The notes below the pieces were generated by a model. That model saw only the letters and a program-made list of their open reading frames with translations, was not told the origin of the DNA and searched no databases. Of a stretch of 32,000 nt of DNA, positions 15,826 to 25,035 are shown piece by piece. The first letter of the stretch is position 1. Every line of letters starts with the position of its first letter. Origin of the DNA: Hyperthermus butylicus DSM 5456 (lineage in GTDB: Archaea > Thermoproteota > Thermoprotei_A > Sulfolobales > Pyrodictiaceae); NCBI RefSeq assembly GCF_000015145.1, contig NC_008818.1, forward strand, positions 1 through 32,000, written 5' to 3'. The position numbers and the translations under genes are program-made.

Positions 15826-16785
15826 GCCCGCTAAGCATATCTCCGATGAGTTCTGCTATGAGTGACGCGTATACAGGTGCTGTTAGTGGGTCGGTATGCA
15901 TAATTATCTCTGCCAGCTTACCCTTGTTCTGTGCTATTGATAGCTTAAATCTTAGCTCACGAAGGATGTCTGCTTCAACATCAGTAGCAAATACTAGTAG
16001 GAAAATTCCCTGCTGTTCGAGCCGTTGCAATAGTGTTAGTAGCCGACGTTACAGGCTCTATAGGCACGGGGGCTCCCATAGATTCCTCTATATGCATGGC
16101 TGCCAGGGCTGCTGCGGGCGTAAGTGTTGGTGTGGAAAAGACAGCTGCTTTAGTGCTTGAGGATAAAGCCTCTGTGATGGAGTTTACTATGCTGCCATAC
16201 CTTGACTTTATCTCTTCGAGCACAGGATGTATGTTGTTAAACTCGCTCGTAAGCCTCTCTACACGGACCCTAATACCGCTATGTTTTCTGGCGAGTTTTG
16301 CGGAGAGCTTGGCAGCTGCAAGAACATATGTGAGGTGGATTCTCTCGGATGCAACTTCTACCAATACTCTCCTCGCTTGGTGCGCGTGCCTTGAGCACTG
16401 GTGGTAATGGTGGTGTCACAGCTACGAGGCTCACACCGGTAAGCTTCGTAGCGTCTATAGCTCTTCCGACAATGTTCTCGGCTCCAGCCTCGGCGAATAA
16501 TATGACGGCGATGTTTTCCTCGCGGTAGGCTACAATGTGGTATATCAGGGCTTCAATAGGTTCTAGACGTACACTAGTGGTGGTTATCTGGCGTAACACC
16601 CAATAGCCAAGTGTTGCTGCTGCCAGGGCGTATCTTGTCCCAGCATATGTTAGGTAGAGCTCGCTATACGATTGGTTTAAGAAGGAAAATATCCTCTTGG
16701 CTAGTTCTTCGGCTTGTTTTTCGAGGCGTTTAAGCTTCTCCCGGGTTAGAGGAGTGCTGTCTCTAGTGAGCTGCAGCAACTGCAC
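15809..16785 (-). pseudogene. Double-SIS-domain sugar-phosphate isomerase/binding-like gene interrupted by two +1 frame changes
   Basis: Three consecutive minus-strand ORFs (16785-16279, 16364-15981, 16030-15809) lie in three different frames. Read together they give one continuous protein of about 325 aa with two SIS domains. Each upstream frame decays into Cys/Arg-rich nonsense after the overlap. The frame switches must fall within 16282-16415 and 15984-16048. Confidence 0.5.
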
Positions 16786-17570
16786 CTCGCCTTGTCGGGT
16801 TCGGGTGGCAGGCGGGGTATTAGCTTGTAGAGTATCTTCTTGGCCTTCTCAGTGTTCTCCTTCATAACCCTAGCAACCTCTTCAGCTGTTACTGGCCGCT
16901 CAGCCCAGACGTCATAATCGGTGACTAGTGCTATGGTTGCATAGCATAGCTGTGCCTCACAAGCTAGGTTTACTTCGGGCACCAGAGTCATTCCTATAAT
17001 GTCTGCTTTGAATACCTCCCGCCAGACTCTGCTTTCAGCTCTCGTCGAGAAGCGTGGCCCCTCAATACAGATGTATGTACCTCTGGGATGAACCCTGTAG
17101 CCTAGCTCTCTCGCAGTGCTAATTATTTCCTGGCGTAGGTGCTCGCAGAACGGGTCGGCCATACTCACGTGGGCTACTATGCCCTCGTCGAAGAATGTAT
17201 ATACACGGCTCTTAGTCATGTCTATAAACTGGTCTGGCACAACTATGTCTCCAGGTTTGTAGTCTTCTCGTAGGGAGCCTACAGCAGAGACGGCAATAAC
17301 CCACTTTACGCCAAGCATCTTGAGAGCCCAAATGTTCGCTCTATAGTTTATCTTGTGTGGCGGAATTCTGTGTCCCCTGCCATGCCTTGGTAGGAATGCT
17401 ACACGCTTTCCCCCAAGCTCTCCAACAATTATGTAGTCGCTAGGCTCTCCATATGGTGTGTAGATTTTGTACTCCTTGGCGTTCTCGAGGACTCCGGGGT
17501 CATAGAGGCCGCTACCTCCTATTATGGCTATATCGGCTTTTACGGATGGTTTCGGGGGAAAGTCGGGCAA
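16746..17570 (-). CDS. mtnP: S-methyl-5'-thioadenosine phosphorylase
   Basis: [39 protein letters not shown] and a GMT.VPE-type motif are hallmarks of MTAP/PNP family 2. The C-terminal CSCC cluster resembles the disulfide-forming Cys motifs known from hyperthermophilic MTAPs. The start codon appears to be TTG. Confidence 0.9.
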   Translation of the reverse strand: MPDFPPKPSVKADIAIIGGSGLYDPGVLENAKEYKIYTPYGEPSDYIIVGELGGKRVAFLPRHGRGHRIPPHKINYRANIWALKMLGVKWVIAVSAVGSLREDYKPGDIVVPDQFIDMTKSRVYTFFDEGIVAHVSMADPFCEHLRQEIISTARELGYRVHPRGTYICIEGPRFSTRAESRVWREVFKADIIGMTLVPEVNLACEAQLCYATIALVTDYDVWAERPVTAEEVARVMKENTEKAKKILYKLIPRLPPEPDKARCSCCSSLETALL

Positions 17571-17655
17571 GGGAGAAGCTACACCCCCACCTACACAACC
17601 AGCTACCTACTACTGTGTAGCGTGTGAGGCAAAATTGCTATCCTTCTGTGTCTTG

Positions 17656-18594
17656 TTAGCGGGGTTTTACCGCGATAACCCCTTGGGTTTGTTTGTCAAA
17701 CCATACTCGCTCAAACCCTGCTCTCCTAAGTCTCTCAATAACTCCTCTCACTATGGGGCTGAGCCTTCTACTCCTAGCCTGGAGTGGTACACCTGTGTAG
17801 TGATACAACTTGCCACCTGGCTTCAGTACTCTGTAGAGCTGCTGATAGAACTCTAGGCTGTAGAGTTCTCCAGCCATATTGAAGCGGGGAGGGTCATGCA
17901 ATATCTTGTCGAAGTATTCGTCGGGAAGTAGTTCTACAGCTATAGTAGCATCGGCATGTACTATTCTCACGTTTTCGTTAGCTAGGAGCCAGCTTGCAGG
18001 GTTGAGCGACGCTATTGAGAGCACATACTCGCTAACCTCTATAGTGTAGACCGTTGCCCCTCTACTTGAAGCTATTATCGTTGTATAGCCTAGCCCTGTA
18101 CATGTATCAAGGACTCTATCGCCCCTCCTAACACCTAGCCTGGAAACTTTGAGTTGCGAATCGTGAAGAGGACCTCTAACTCCTACAATGCGGTGCATGT
18201 GTATGCCGTTTATGAGCAGGGTAGGTGCGTCAAGCTCGGCTGTAAAGTAGAGCCTCATATAGCCCTCGTTTGATCTAACTTCAACTGGTAGGAGTCTGTT
18301 GTTATGCTCGTCAAAGAAGTAGATAACGTCATCCCTAATCCTGCTTGGTAGTGAGCTAGGAGCTAGGCTGAACACATGTTCGCCATTAATGGTGATGTTT
18401 ACTTCGTCTCTGCTGCATAGGATTTCAACACTATACTCGTAATATTGCGTTCTGCGTGCGAACACAATACTATTGCTACTGTCCTTACGGCATGCAGTCT
18501 TCAGCTTTGAAAGGAGAAATCCAGGTATGACTAGCCTACGCGGCCTATACTCGTAGATTTCGACAAAGCCCCACTCGTGTCTCGTTCCGTTCAC
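17656..18594 (-). CDS. Class I SAM-dependent methyltransferase with N-terminal extra domain (archaeal COG2521-like)
   Basis: SAM motif I is VLDTCTGLGYTTI. Motif IV is HDPPRF, the (D/N)PP(F/Y)-type found in N-methylating enzymes. LKPGGKLYHY is also present. The roughly 130-aa N-terminal domain has no motif I recognise. Confidence 0.6.
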   Translation of the reverse strand: MNGTRHEWGFVEIYEYRPRRLVIPGFLLSKLKTACRKDSSNSIVFARRTQYYEYSVEILCSRDEVNITINGEHVFSLAPSSLPSRIRDDVIYFFDEHNNRLLPVEVRSNEGYMRLYFTAELDAPTLLINGIHMHRIVGVRGPLHDSQLKVSRLGVRRGDRVLDTCTGLGYTTIIASSRGATVYTIEVSEYVLSIASLNPASWLLANENVRIVHADATIAVELLPDEYFDKILHDPPRFNMAGELYSLEFYQQLYRVLKPGGKLYHYTGVPLQARSRRLSPIVRGVIERLRRAGFERVWFDKQTQGVIAVKPR

Positions 18595-18707
18595 GGCAGC
18601 CTATTCCTCTCCTATAGAGTTCATGGGGTATGGCAAAACTCTATATACGTAGTGCTAGAGTAGTGCTAGATTCTCCTAACTGGTTGGTGACTATCTGCTA
18701 CAGTTAA

Positions 18708-19040
18708 CTAGGCGTGATGAATACGACTCACACTGAGAGCTGATGAGGGAGGTTTCGGCTGATCCACATACATCCTTGTCCTGGTATACATTGTGTCAAC
18801 ATAGGTCTTTACTGCGAGGGCATGTTTGCATAGTTTGCCGCGCATACCAGCAGGACACGTACACTTCAGCATGCCCTTCTCCGGGTTGTAGAATACTATG
18901 TAGATATCATTGTCTCCACGTACAAGTGCTCTAAGACCATCGGGACCCAGCCTTACGTATATTATCCTCCTCTGGTTTACGAGTCTTGCTGATTTCAATA
19001 GCAGGGCTGGGTTAGGTCTTCCCTTTCGCGAAGAGTACAT
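18708..19040 (-). CDS. SWIM zinc-finger domain protein
   Basis: CTCPAGMRGKLCKHALAV fits the SWIM pattern CxCx(n)CxH. The protein is small (110 aa) and basic. Confidence 0.6.
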   Translation of the reverse strand: MYSSRKGRPNPALLLKSARLVNQRRIIYVRLGPDGLRALVRGDNDIYIVFYNPEKGMLKCTCPAGMRGKLCKHALAVKTYVDTMYTRTRMYVDQPKPPSSALSVSRIHHA

Positions 19041-19089
19041 CTAGCCCCACAAATAGCTGGCATGTTGCTGGAAGCCTTGATAGTGCGGG

Positions 19090-20034
19090 TTGACCGTAAC
19101 TAAAACGTTGATGGAGTGGATGGCCTTGCCGCAAAAACGCTTGCAGATGCTCCGCGGTCTCATCGAACTGGTAAGGCCACATAACCTGGTTGTGGCGGCT
19201 TTAACAACACTAATAGGCTATGGGACTGTTGCCAGTATCTATGGCGGTGATATAGTTAGCTCAGGCTATGCCTATGCAGCCCTTATTGTAGTGCTTGTTG
19301 CAGCTGGAGGCTACGTCATAAACGACTACTACGACATCGAGACGGATATGGTTGCAAAGCCTTGGAGACCCATAGTGTCGGGAAGGGTAAGCCCGGGAGC
19401 AGCCAGATTCTATGCTTACATGTTGTTTACAATCGGACTCATAATAGCTCTAGTTACGTGCCCCAACTTCATAGTCTTCGGATTTGCTGTGCTTAACGCT
19501 TTGCTAGTGCATGAGTATTCTCGATGGATTAAGCGTACAGGTCTGCCGGGTAATATTGTCATAGCATTCAACTCTGCGTCGACAATAGTGTTTGGTGCGC
19601 TCTATGCCTCATGTATGATAAAGGGCAAAGTTGTACTCCCCTCGGTAGCACTAATACCAGTACTCTATGCATTCTTGCTTGTACTTGGCAGAGAATTCGT
19701 CAAGGGCATAGAGGATGTCAAGGGTGACGCAATAGCTGGTATTGGTACGTTAGCAGTTCGGTTTGGCGTGAGGACAGCCTACATGGCGTCTGTTGCGGTG
19801 CTTGGGTTAGTGGTTGTTCTAAGCCCGTTTCCCTACATTTCCGGAGTATACAACATGGCGTACCTTATCCTAGCACTGGTAGTTGATGTGTTGATAGCTT
19901 ACTCGCTTGCCATCCTCGGCAGAGGAGTAGCTAGGGGACTCGAGGACGCTATTAGGGCTTCAAGAAGGGCTAGGAGTGCTCTAAAGCTTGCATTTATGGT
20001 TGGTGCATTAGCCTTCCTTGCAGGATTGATGTAG
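19090..20034 (+). CDS. UbiA-family prenyltransferase, probable digeranylgeranylglyceryl phosphate synthase
   Basis: About 8-9 TM helices. The first Asp-rich motif is NDYYDIETD and the second region is KGIEDVKGD. The start could be TTG 19090 or ATG 19111. Confidence 0.8.
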   Translation: MTVTKTLMEWMALPQKRLQMLRGLIELVRPHNLVVAALTTLIGYGTVASIYGGDIVSSGYAYAALIVVLVAAGGYVINDYYDIETDMVAKPWRPIVSGRVSPGAARFYAYMLFTIGLIIALVTCPNFIVFGFAVLNALLVHEYSRWIKRTGLPGNIVIAFNSASTIVFGALYASCMIKGKVVLPSVALIPVLYAFLLVLGREFVKGIEDVKGDAIAGIGTLAVRFGVRTAYMASVAVLGLVVVLSPFPYISGVYNMAYLILALVVDVLIAYSLAILGRGVARGLEDAIRASRRARSALKLAFMVGALAFLAGLM

Positions 20035-20052
20035 TGGGGGAGCTAGGCTAGG

Positions 20053-20751
20053 TCAGTGATCATCATTGCATATTTGTGCTCGGTGTAGGGTAGCTTCTTC
20101 ACAGCTCCCCTTTAGAACCGTTATACTTGTGGCTACGGCTCTTTTAAGTCGCCGAAGCTTGGACTTTGCAAGGGTTAGGTATGTATTCAGTACATCGACA
20201 ACGTCATGTAGCTTCTCCTTGCTGAGCGGTATAATTTGCTTCCCCCCAATGGATAAGGGTATGTCTATGCGCTCTACACCCAGTATCAACACGTAGTACT
20301 TGCCGCTGCTAGCACGCCTATAGAAGGCGTACTTGAATCCCGCGCTGACAGCTACATCGACGACCAGCTTGGCAACGGCCTCGCTGCAAGTATAGAGTGC
20401 AAGTATTACTGGTTGTGCTGAGGCCCATACAAACCTATAGCTTGTGTCCAGAGCGGTTCTAATGGCGGTGTAAAACTCGTCAACATTTATCCTTCTATGC
20501 CAGCTATGTACTATGCCGCCCAGTCGTTTATTGCCGGGACTAGGTGCAGCAAAGACTGCTATACGTCCGCTGCAAGAACTCGTAGTAACTATGCACTCAA
20601 CACTATTCAGTGCATCAAGCAGGTCTACGATGTCGCTGTCTACAAGCCCTCTACGTATATCATCTATAAGTCTGTCCAGGTAGTTCCTCCTTAGTCTGGC
20701 CCACTCGACTGTGTTACATAAACTAGTATTCCCTTTCGCTTCCACATGCAT
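20053..20751 (-). CDS. taw3: tRNA wyosine-derivative methyltransferase Taw3 (TYW3 family)
   Basis: The diagnostic TYW3 motif TTSSCSGRI is present, followed by the conserved W....P.IL.. and GFK segments. The length fits archaeal Taw3. Confidence 0.8.
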   Translation of the reverse strand: MHVEAKGNTSLCNTVEWARLRRNYLDRLIDDIRRGLVDSDIVDLLDALNSVECIVTTSSCSGRIAVFAAPSPGNKRLGGIVHSWHRRINVDEFYTAIRTALDTSYRFVWASAQPVILALYTCSEAVAKLVVDVAVSAGFKYAFYRRASSGKYYVLILGVERIDIPLSIGGKQIIPLSKEKLHDVVDVLNTYLTLAKSKLRRLKRAVATSITVLKGSCEEATLHRAQICNDDH

Positions 20752-21457
20752 ATAGAACCCCTAGCCAGCCGGCGGTAGCGAGGATACCACTTGACGATAA
20801 ATATTCGTAGCCTATTACTATGCCATCACCTATACCCCTTACGGAATATATGATCGGTCTACCGTCTATGCCAAGCACTGGTGCTAGGTACTTGGCAAAA
20901 GGTCCAGCAACGCTGTATATCCTATCAACGCAAGCCGACGAGGTAGGCTTTCCAAAGACTCCAGCGGGATGGAGGGGATTGAAGGAGTAGAGGGTTCCAC
21001 ATCTTCCCCCCTCCTCGTTTACAGCTAGGTCGCCACTAAACGCCGAGAGATACAGTACGCCGTTTACCTTCTCGCGGAACAACTTCTCGAAGAACTCGTT
21101 AAACCCGACAACATCAACCTCATAGCCGAGTGTCTTAAGCGTTAGAAGGATCTCGTCAGCATCGCCACCAACAATGCAACGTCCTCCAATAAATCGCCCA
21201 TATCCCCATGTTGGTGCGTGTATTCTTGCACTCTCCTCCGTCACACGACAGTCGGGGCTACATATAATACTCCCAACACCTATAACCTGTTCAACAATAA
21301 ACCCTTGCCGCTCAACAACAGCTACGAAGGGGGAATCTGTAATAAAGCAACGACAGTCATTAGCAAGTCCACTAGTAGTAATTGATCTCACAAGCTCCGG
21401 CCTACGAATGATATCTTCTATGAGTATAACCTTGCTGCCAGCCTCAACCTGTGGCAT
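20723..21457 (-). CDS. Conserved-looking hypothetical protein, Cys-rich, function unknown
   Basis: A 244-aa ORF with coding-like composition and about 9 Cys (DCRC, CSPDC, GGRC twice). Its stop overlaps the taw3 start by 29 nt. I recognise no family motif. Confidence 0.45.
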   Translation of the reverse strand: MPQVEAGSKVILIEDIIRRPELVRSITTSGLANDCRCFITDSPFVAVVERQGFIVEQVIGVGSIICSPDCRVTEESARIHAPTWGYGRFIGGRCIVGGDADEILLTLKTLGYEVDVVGFNEFFEKLFREKVNGVLYLSAFSGDLAVNEEGGRCGTLYSFNPLHPAGVFGKPTSSACVDRIYSVAGPFAKYLAPVLGIDGRPIIYSVRGIGDGIVIGYEYLSSSGILATAGWLGVLYACGSEREY

Positions 21458-21544
21458 AGGCTTTCCACCTCAGCAGCCTGGTTACATATCATCGCCACGG
21501 CTCATCCCTTACATGGTTCTTCATCGGTTTGGCATTACCCCCAC

Positions 21545-22024
21545 GTGATAGAGCAACGAGCAATGCCTCTAAATATAGTGTTAACGCTAACCCAACCAAG
21601 GGTCAAAGGATCCTTGCTCAAGCGCTGGCCCAAAAGGAGGGAATTCCTGTTATATTACCTACTCGTACTATATAGCAAGGCAACCGGTAAGAAATGCATG
21701 AACCGTGGCGAGTATGTGGAACTTCTTGCACCAGTAGCTGGAAGCAAAAATCTTGCATCAAGAATAGTGAAGATACTCGTTAGGCAAGGCTTCCTAGAGC
21801 GAGTGAAACCTCTCGTATATTGCGTAAAGCCTTTGGATGAAGTTCTCGGTGTAACACTCGTAAACTATGTTGCTGGACGACTTAGACGTAAAGGCATCAA
21901 TGTAAACGTCGAGGACAGAAAGCTTGTTGTAGCAGGTGAGGAATGTGAAAAGCTAAAGGTACTAATGAATATCGGCATCTTAGAGTGTAAGGATTTTGCG
22001 GAACTGTTGCAAGGGCAGCGATAG
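21545..22024 (+). CDS. Hypothetical protein, possible winged-helix fold
   Basis: A 159-aa ORF. The segment ASRIVKILVRQGFLERVKPLVY resembles a wHTH recognition helix plus wing. The start is uncertain, with an internal Met at MNRGEY. Confidence 0.35.
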   Translation: MIEQRAMPLNIVLTLTQPRVKGSLLKRWPKRREFLLYYLLVLYSKATGKKCMNRGEYVELLAPVAGSKNLASRIVKILVRQGFLERVKPLVYCVKPLDEVLGVTLVNYVAGRLRRKGINVNVEDRKLVVAGEECEKLKVLMNIGILECKDFAELLQGQR

Positions 22025-22028
22025 TACG

Positions 22029-22382
22029 CTACTCCTCCTCGTAGAGTTCGACAACAATTCTAGCTTTCACCCTATCCTTGGAGAATGGTGGTGGACTTTC
22101 GCCTAGATCGACGGCAAATACTACTCTGTTTCCAAGGCTATCAGTGAATCGAACCTCTGCAACATATTGCTTACGTGGCCCTTGTTCAAAGGCCTTAATT
22201 ACAGCCTCGTATATTCTTGATAAAGCCATCTGTAGTGCTACGGGGCTCGAGAAGTCCTCGGGCCGCAATTGTATCGCGTGAAGACCTCTTATCACCTCGC
22301 CTATACGTGCCTCTCCCTCGAATATGGCAAGCCTCTTGCTTGGTGGTTCTTGCTCGGTGGACAAGCTATTGCTCCCCTTCAC
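22029..22382 (-). CDS. Hypothetical protein
   Basis: A 117-aa ORF with a GTG start about 20 nt from a shared AT-rich TATA-like box, so the mRNA may be leaderless. No recognisable motif. Confidence 0.35.
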   Translation of the reverse strand: MKGSNSLSTEQEPPSKRLAIFEGEARIGEVIRGLHAIQLRPEDFSSPVALQMALSRIYEAVIKAFEQGPRKQYVAEVRFTDSLGNRVVFAVDLGESPPPFSKDRVKARIVVELYEEE

Positions 22383-22400
22383 CCTACCCGGTGGAATGGA

Positions 22401-22411
22401 ATATTTAAATA
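22401..22411. promoter_or_regulatory. TATA-box-like element between the divergent 22029..22382 ORF and nop5
   Basis: ATATTTAAATA is the only strongly AT-rich element in the 82-bp divergent spacer. It lies about 54 nt upstream of the nop5 ATG, which is preceded by a GGAGGT Shine-Dalgarno-like sequence, and about 20 nt from the minus-strand GTG. Confidence 0.4.
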
Positions 22412-22464
22412 GTCACCTCCACATTGATAGCCCTAAGGGCGAGGTAAGGAGGTATAAGGTGAGT

Positions 22465-23706
22465 ATGAAGGTCTACATTGTTGACCACTTTACGGGTAAC
22501 TACGCGCTAAATGAGGATAAGGACGTTGTAGCCTACGAGCATGCACCAAAGAGCCTAGATGACATGGTTGAAGAGGCACTAAAGGTAGAGCGTGGCGAGG
22601 TTCCAGCTGCATTCCTACGGCTCCTCGAGAAGCTAAAGGAGGTGGGAGTAAAGACCGTAGTAGTTGAGAGGGAAGAACTCGCAAAGGAGGCTATAAGTAG
22701 GGGGTTTGAGGCGGAGGTTAAGCCTGCAAACGAGGTTGCCAGGTACTTCAGGGGCAATGTTGTAGACATTGTTACCGGTACGGGTTTTGTGCCGAGCAGG
22801 GAGGAGTACTACAAGCTTCTCCACGAGTTTAGCATGGAGCTTACACGGAGAAAGCTGCGTAGAGCAGCACAGAAGCGTGACCTCCTCGCAGCACAAGCCA
22901 TAAGAGCTATAGACGATATTGACAAGACTACAAACCTGTTCGCTGCAAGGCTTAGGGAGTGGTATAGCCTCCACTTCCCAGAGCTAGACGACTTGGTCCG
23001 CGAGCACGAGGATTACGTGAGGATTGTAGCTGAGCTAGGTCATCGTGACAATATAACTGTTGAGAATCTTGTCAAGCTAGGCTTTAGCGAGGAGAAGGCC
23101 AAGAAGATAGCTGAGGCGGCAGCAAAGAGCATGGGTGCGGACTACCCAGAGTTCGACATCAAGCCTATGCAGCGGCTTGCACAGATAACCCTGGAGCTAT
23201 ACAAGCTTAGGAGAGACCTAGCAGACTACATAGCCCAGGTAATGAAGGAGGTAGCACCAAACATAACCGCGCTAGTAGGTCCACTCCTAGGTGCAAGGCT
23301 CATAAGCCTTGCAGGCAGCCTAGAGGAGCTAGCATTCTTGCCGGCCAGCACAATTCAAGTGCTGGGCGCCGAGAAGGCCTTGTTCAGAGCGCTGCGTACC
23401 GGTGGCAAGCCGCCAAAGCACGGCGTTATCTTCCAGTACCCCGATATACACCGCAGCCCGCGCTGGCAGCGCGGTAAGATAGCTAGAGCGCTTGCTGCAA
23501 AGCTTGCAATTGCTGCCAAGGTCGACTACTTCACTGGCAGGTTCATAGGCGATAAGCTAAAGGAGGCTTTGAGGAGGAGGATAGAGGAGATCAAGAGGAT
23601 ATACAAGAAGCCGCCGAAGAGGAAGGAGGTTGGGCCAGCACCCAGGCCAGCGAAGCCGGCAAGGAGGAAACGTGGCAAGCGCGGTAAGGGTAAAGGCAGG
23701 AAGTAG
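22465..23706 (+). CDS. nop5: C/D box sRNP core protein Nop5 (Nop56/58 homologue)
   Basis: It has the Nop5 N-terminal domain, a coiled coil and the NOP domain (LVGPLLGARLISLAGSLEELAFLPASTIQVLGAEKALFR...KHGVIFQ), plus a Lys/Arg-rich C-terminal tail. It sits directly upstream of fibrillarin. The true start is taken as the ATG at 22465. Confidence 0.9.
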   Translation: MKVYIVDHFTGNYALNEDKDVVAYEHAPKSLDDMVEEALKVERGEVPAAFLRLLEKLKEVGVKTVVVEREELAKEAISRGFEAEVKPANEVARYFRGNVVDIVTGTGFVPSREEYYKLLHEFSMELTRRKLRRAAQKRDLLAAQAIRAIDDIDKTTNLFAARLREWYSLHFPELDDLVREHEDYVRIVAELGHRDNITVENLVKLGFSEEKAKKIAEAAAKSMGADYPEFDIKPMQRLAQITLELYKLRRDLADYIAQVMKEVAPNITALVGPLLGARLISLAGSLEELAFLPASTIQVLGAEKALFRALRTGGKPPKHGVIFQYPDIHRSPRWQRGKIARALAAKLAIAAKVDYFTGRFIGDKLKEALRRRIEEIKRIYKKPPKRKEVGPAPRPAKPARRKRGKRGKGKGRK

Positions 23707-23735
23707 CCTACTCCATGTGATAGGGGGTGTAAGGT

Positions 23736-24446
23736 ATGGTTGAAGTAGTTAATGTGTATGAGCATGAGAAGTATAAGGGTGTATACATCGTAGAGCTTGA
23801 GGATGGTTCTACGAGACTAGCAACAGTAAACCTAGCGCCGGGCCACAGGGTTTACGGCGAGAGGTTGTTCAAGTGGGAGGACCTTGAGCTGCGTGAGTGG
23901 AATCCCTACCGTAGCAAGCTTGCTGCAGCATTACTCAAGGGTCTTGAGGAACTCCCGATAAGGCCTGGTCACAAGATACTCTACCTCGGTGCTGCAACCG
24001 GTACCACAGCGAGCCACGTCTCAGACATTGTTGGCAAGGAGGGGCTAGTATACGCGCTTGATGTAGCACCGCGAGTAATGCGTGAACTGATAGCAGTGTG
24101 TGAAGTTAGACCCAACATGGTGCCCCTACTTGCCGATGCCAGGAAGCCCTACGAGTATCGCCACATAGTAGAGCTGGTAGACGGTATCTATGCAGACGTG
24201 GCGCAGCCGGATCAGGCAGAGATTGTTGCAGACAACGCTGACTACTTCTTAAAGGAGGGTGGCTACCTTCTACTAGCTATCAAGGCTAGAAGCATAGATG
24301 TGACAAAGGAACCAAGCGAGGTATTCAAGAGAGAGATAGATGTGTTGAAGAGCAGGGGCTTCGAGATAGTAGACATGGTGCACCTAGAACCCTTCGACAG
24401 AGACCACGCAATGGTGTATGCAAGGTATAAGCCGCGCAAGCAGTAA
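23736..24446 (+). CDS. flpA: Fibrillarin-like rRNA/tRNA 2'-O-methyltransferase
   Basis: VYGE....W...[14 protein letters not shown], the SAM motif [30 protein letters not shown] and SID are all canonical fibrillarin motifs. Confidence 0.95.
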   Translation: MVEVVNVYEHEKYKGVYIVELEDGSTRLATVNLAPGHRVYGERLFKWEDLELREWNPYRSKLAAALLKGLEELPIRPGHKILYLGAATGTTASHVSDIVGKEGLVYALDVAPRVMRELIAVCEVRPNMVPLLADARKPYEYRHIVELVDGIYADVAQPDQAEIVADNADYFLKEGGYLLLAIKARSIDVTKEPSEVFKREIDVLKSRGFEIVDMVHLEPFDRDHAMVYARYKPRKQ

Positions 24447-24466
24447 GGTAACTGTAGGCTAATCTA

Positions 24467-24471
24467 TTTTT
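24467..24471 (+). terminator. T5 tract downstream of flpA (archaeal oligo-T terminator candidate)
   Basis: A TTTTT run lies 21 nt after the flpA stop codon, at the end of the nop5-flpA unit. Confidence 0.35.
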
Positions 24472-24564
24472 AATATAACCCATGTATCCTTTCTGACCAC
24501 ATACGAGCCGCTTTCCTAACACAGAACGGTGTAGCACGTTAGGGCTAGCTCGGTAGGCTGGCTG

Positions 24565-25029
24565 ATGTATATGGCTACAGGCGAGGGTGTTAGTAGGATA
24601 TTCCGTAGCTATGTTACTAGAGTCTATGCTGACAAGAGGTTCTTTGAAGAAATACTCCCAAGAGAATACAAGGAGCTTCCAAGGCTGCTTGAAGAGGATG
24701 AGCCTAGTGTGGAGCTCATATCTGGTAGTAGACACTATTTTGATAAGCGCGAGTTATTGGAGCTTAGCAACTCGCTGCCGTGGTATTTGCGTGGGTTTAC
24801 AAAGCTGCCATGGATCTTTACTTATGCTCGGCAAGGGTTTGTCGGGATATACAAGCTCATAAACAGCGATCCGTGGTCTGGCAGAATAATAGCATACCTC
24901 ATCCGCGGAGACTATTCTAAGCCTATGCTAGAGGTTAGGGAGGTGGAGTTTCAGCGGCTATTATCTAGGTTTAAAACCCTTATAATAGTGACACTGCAAA
25001 TAAATATTATGGAGGGCGGAGAAGGGTAG
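24565..25029 (+). CDS. UPF0216 / DUF61-family archaeal protein
   Basis: LPREYKELPRLLEEDEPSVELISGSRHYFDKRELLELSNSLP....KLPW.F matches the DUF61 pattern as I recall it (L.eLL.e..P.v...dGs.h.f...EL..l...l). Confidence 0.6.
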   Translation: MYMATGEGVSRIFRSYVTRVYADKRFFEEILPREYKELPRLLEEDEPSVELISGSRHYFDKRELLELSNSLPWYLRGFTKLPWIFTYARQGFVGIYKLINSDPWSGRIIAYLIRGDYSKPMLEVREVEFQRLLSRFKTLIIVTLQINIMEGGEG

Positions 25030-25035
25030 CGTGGC

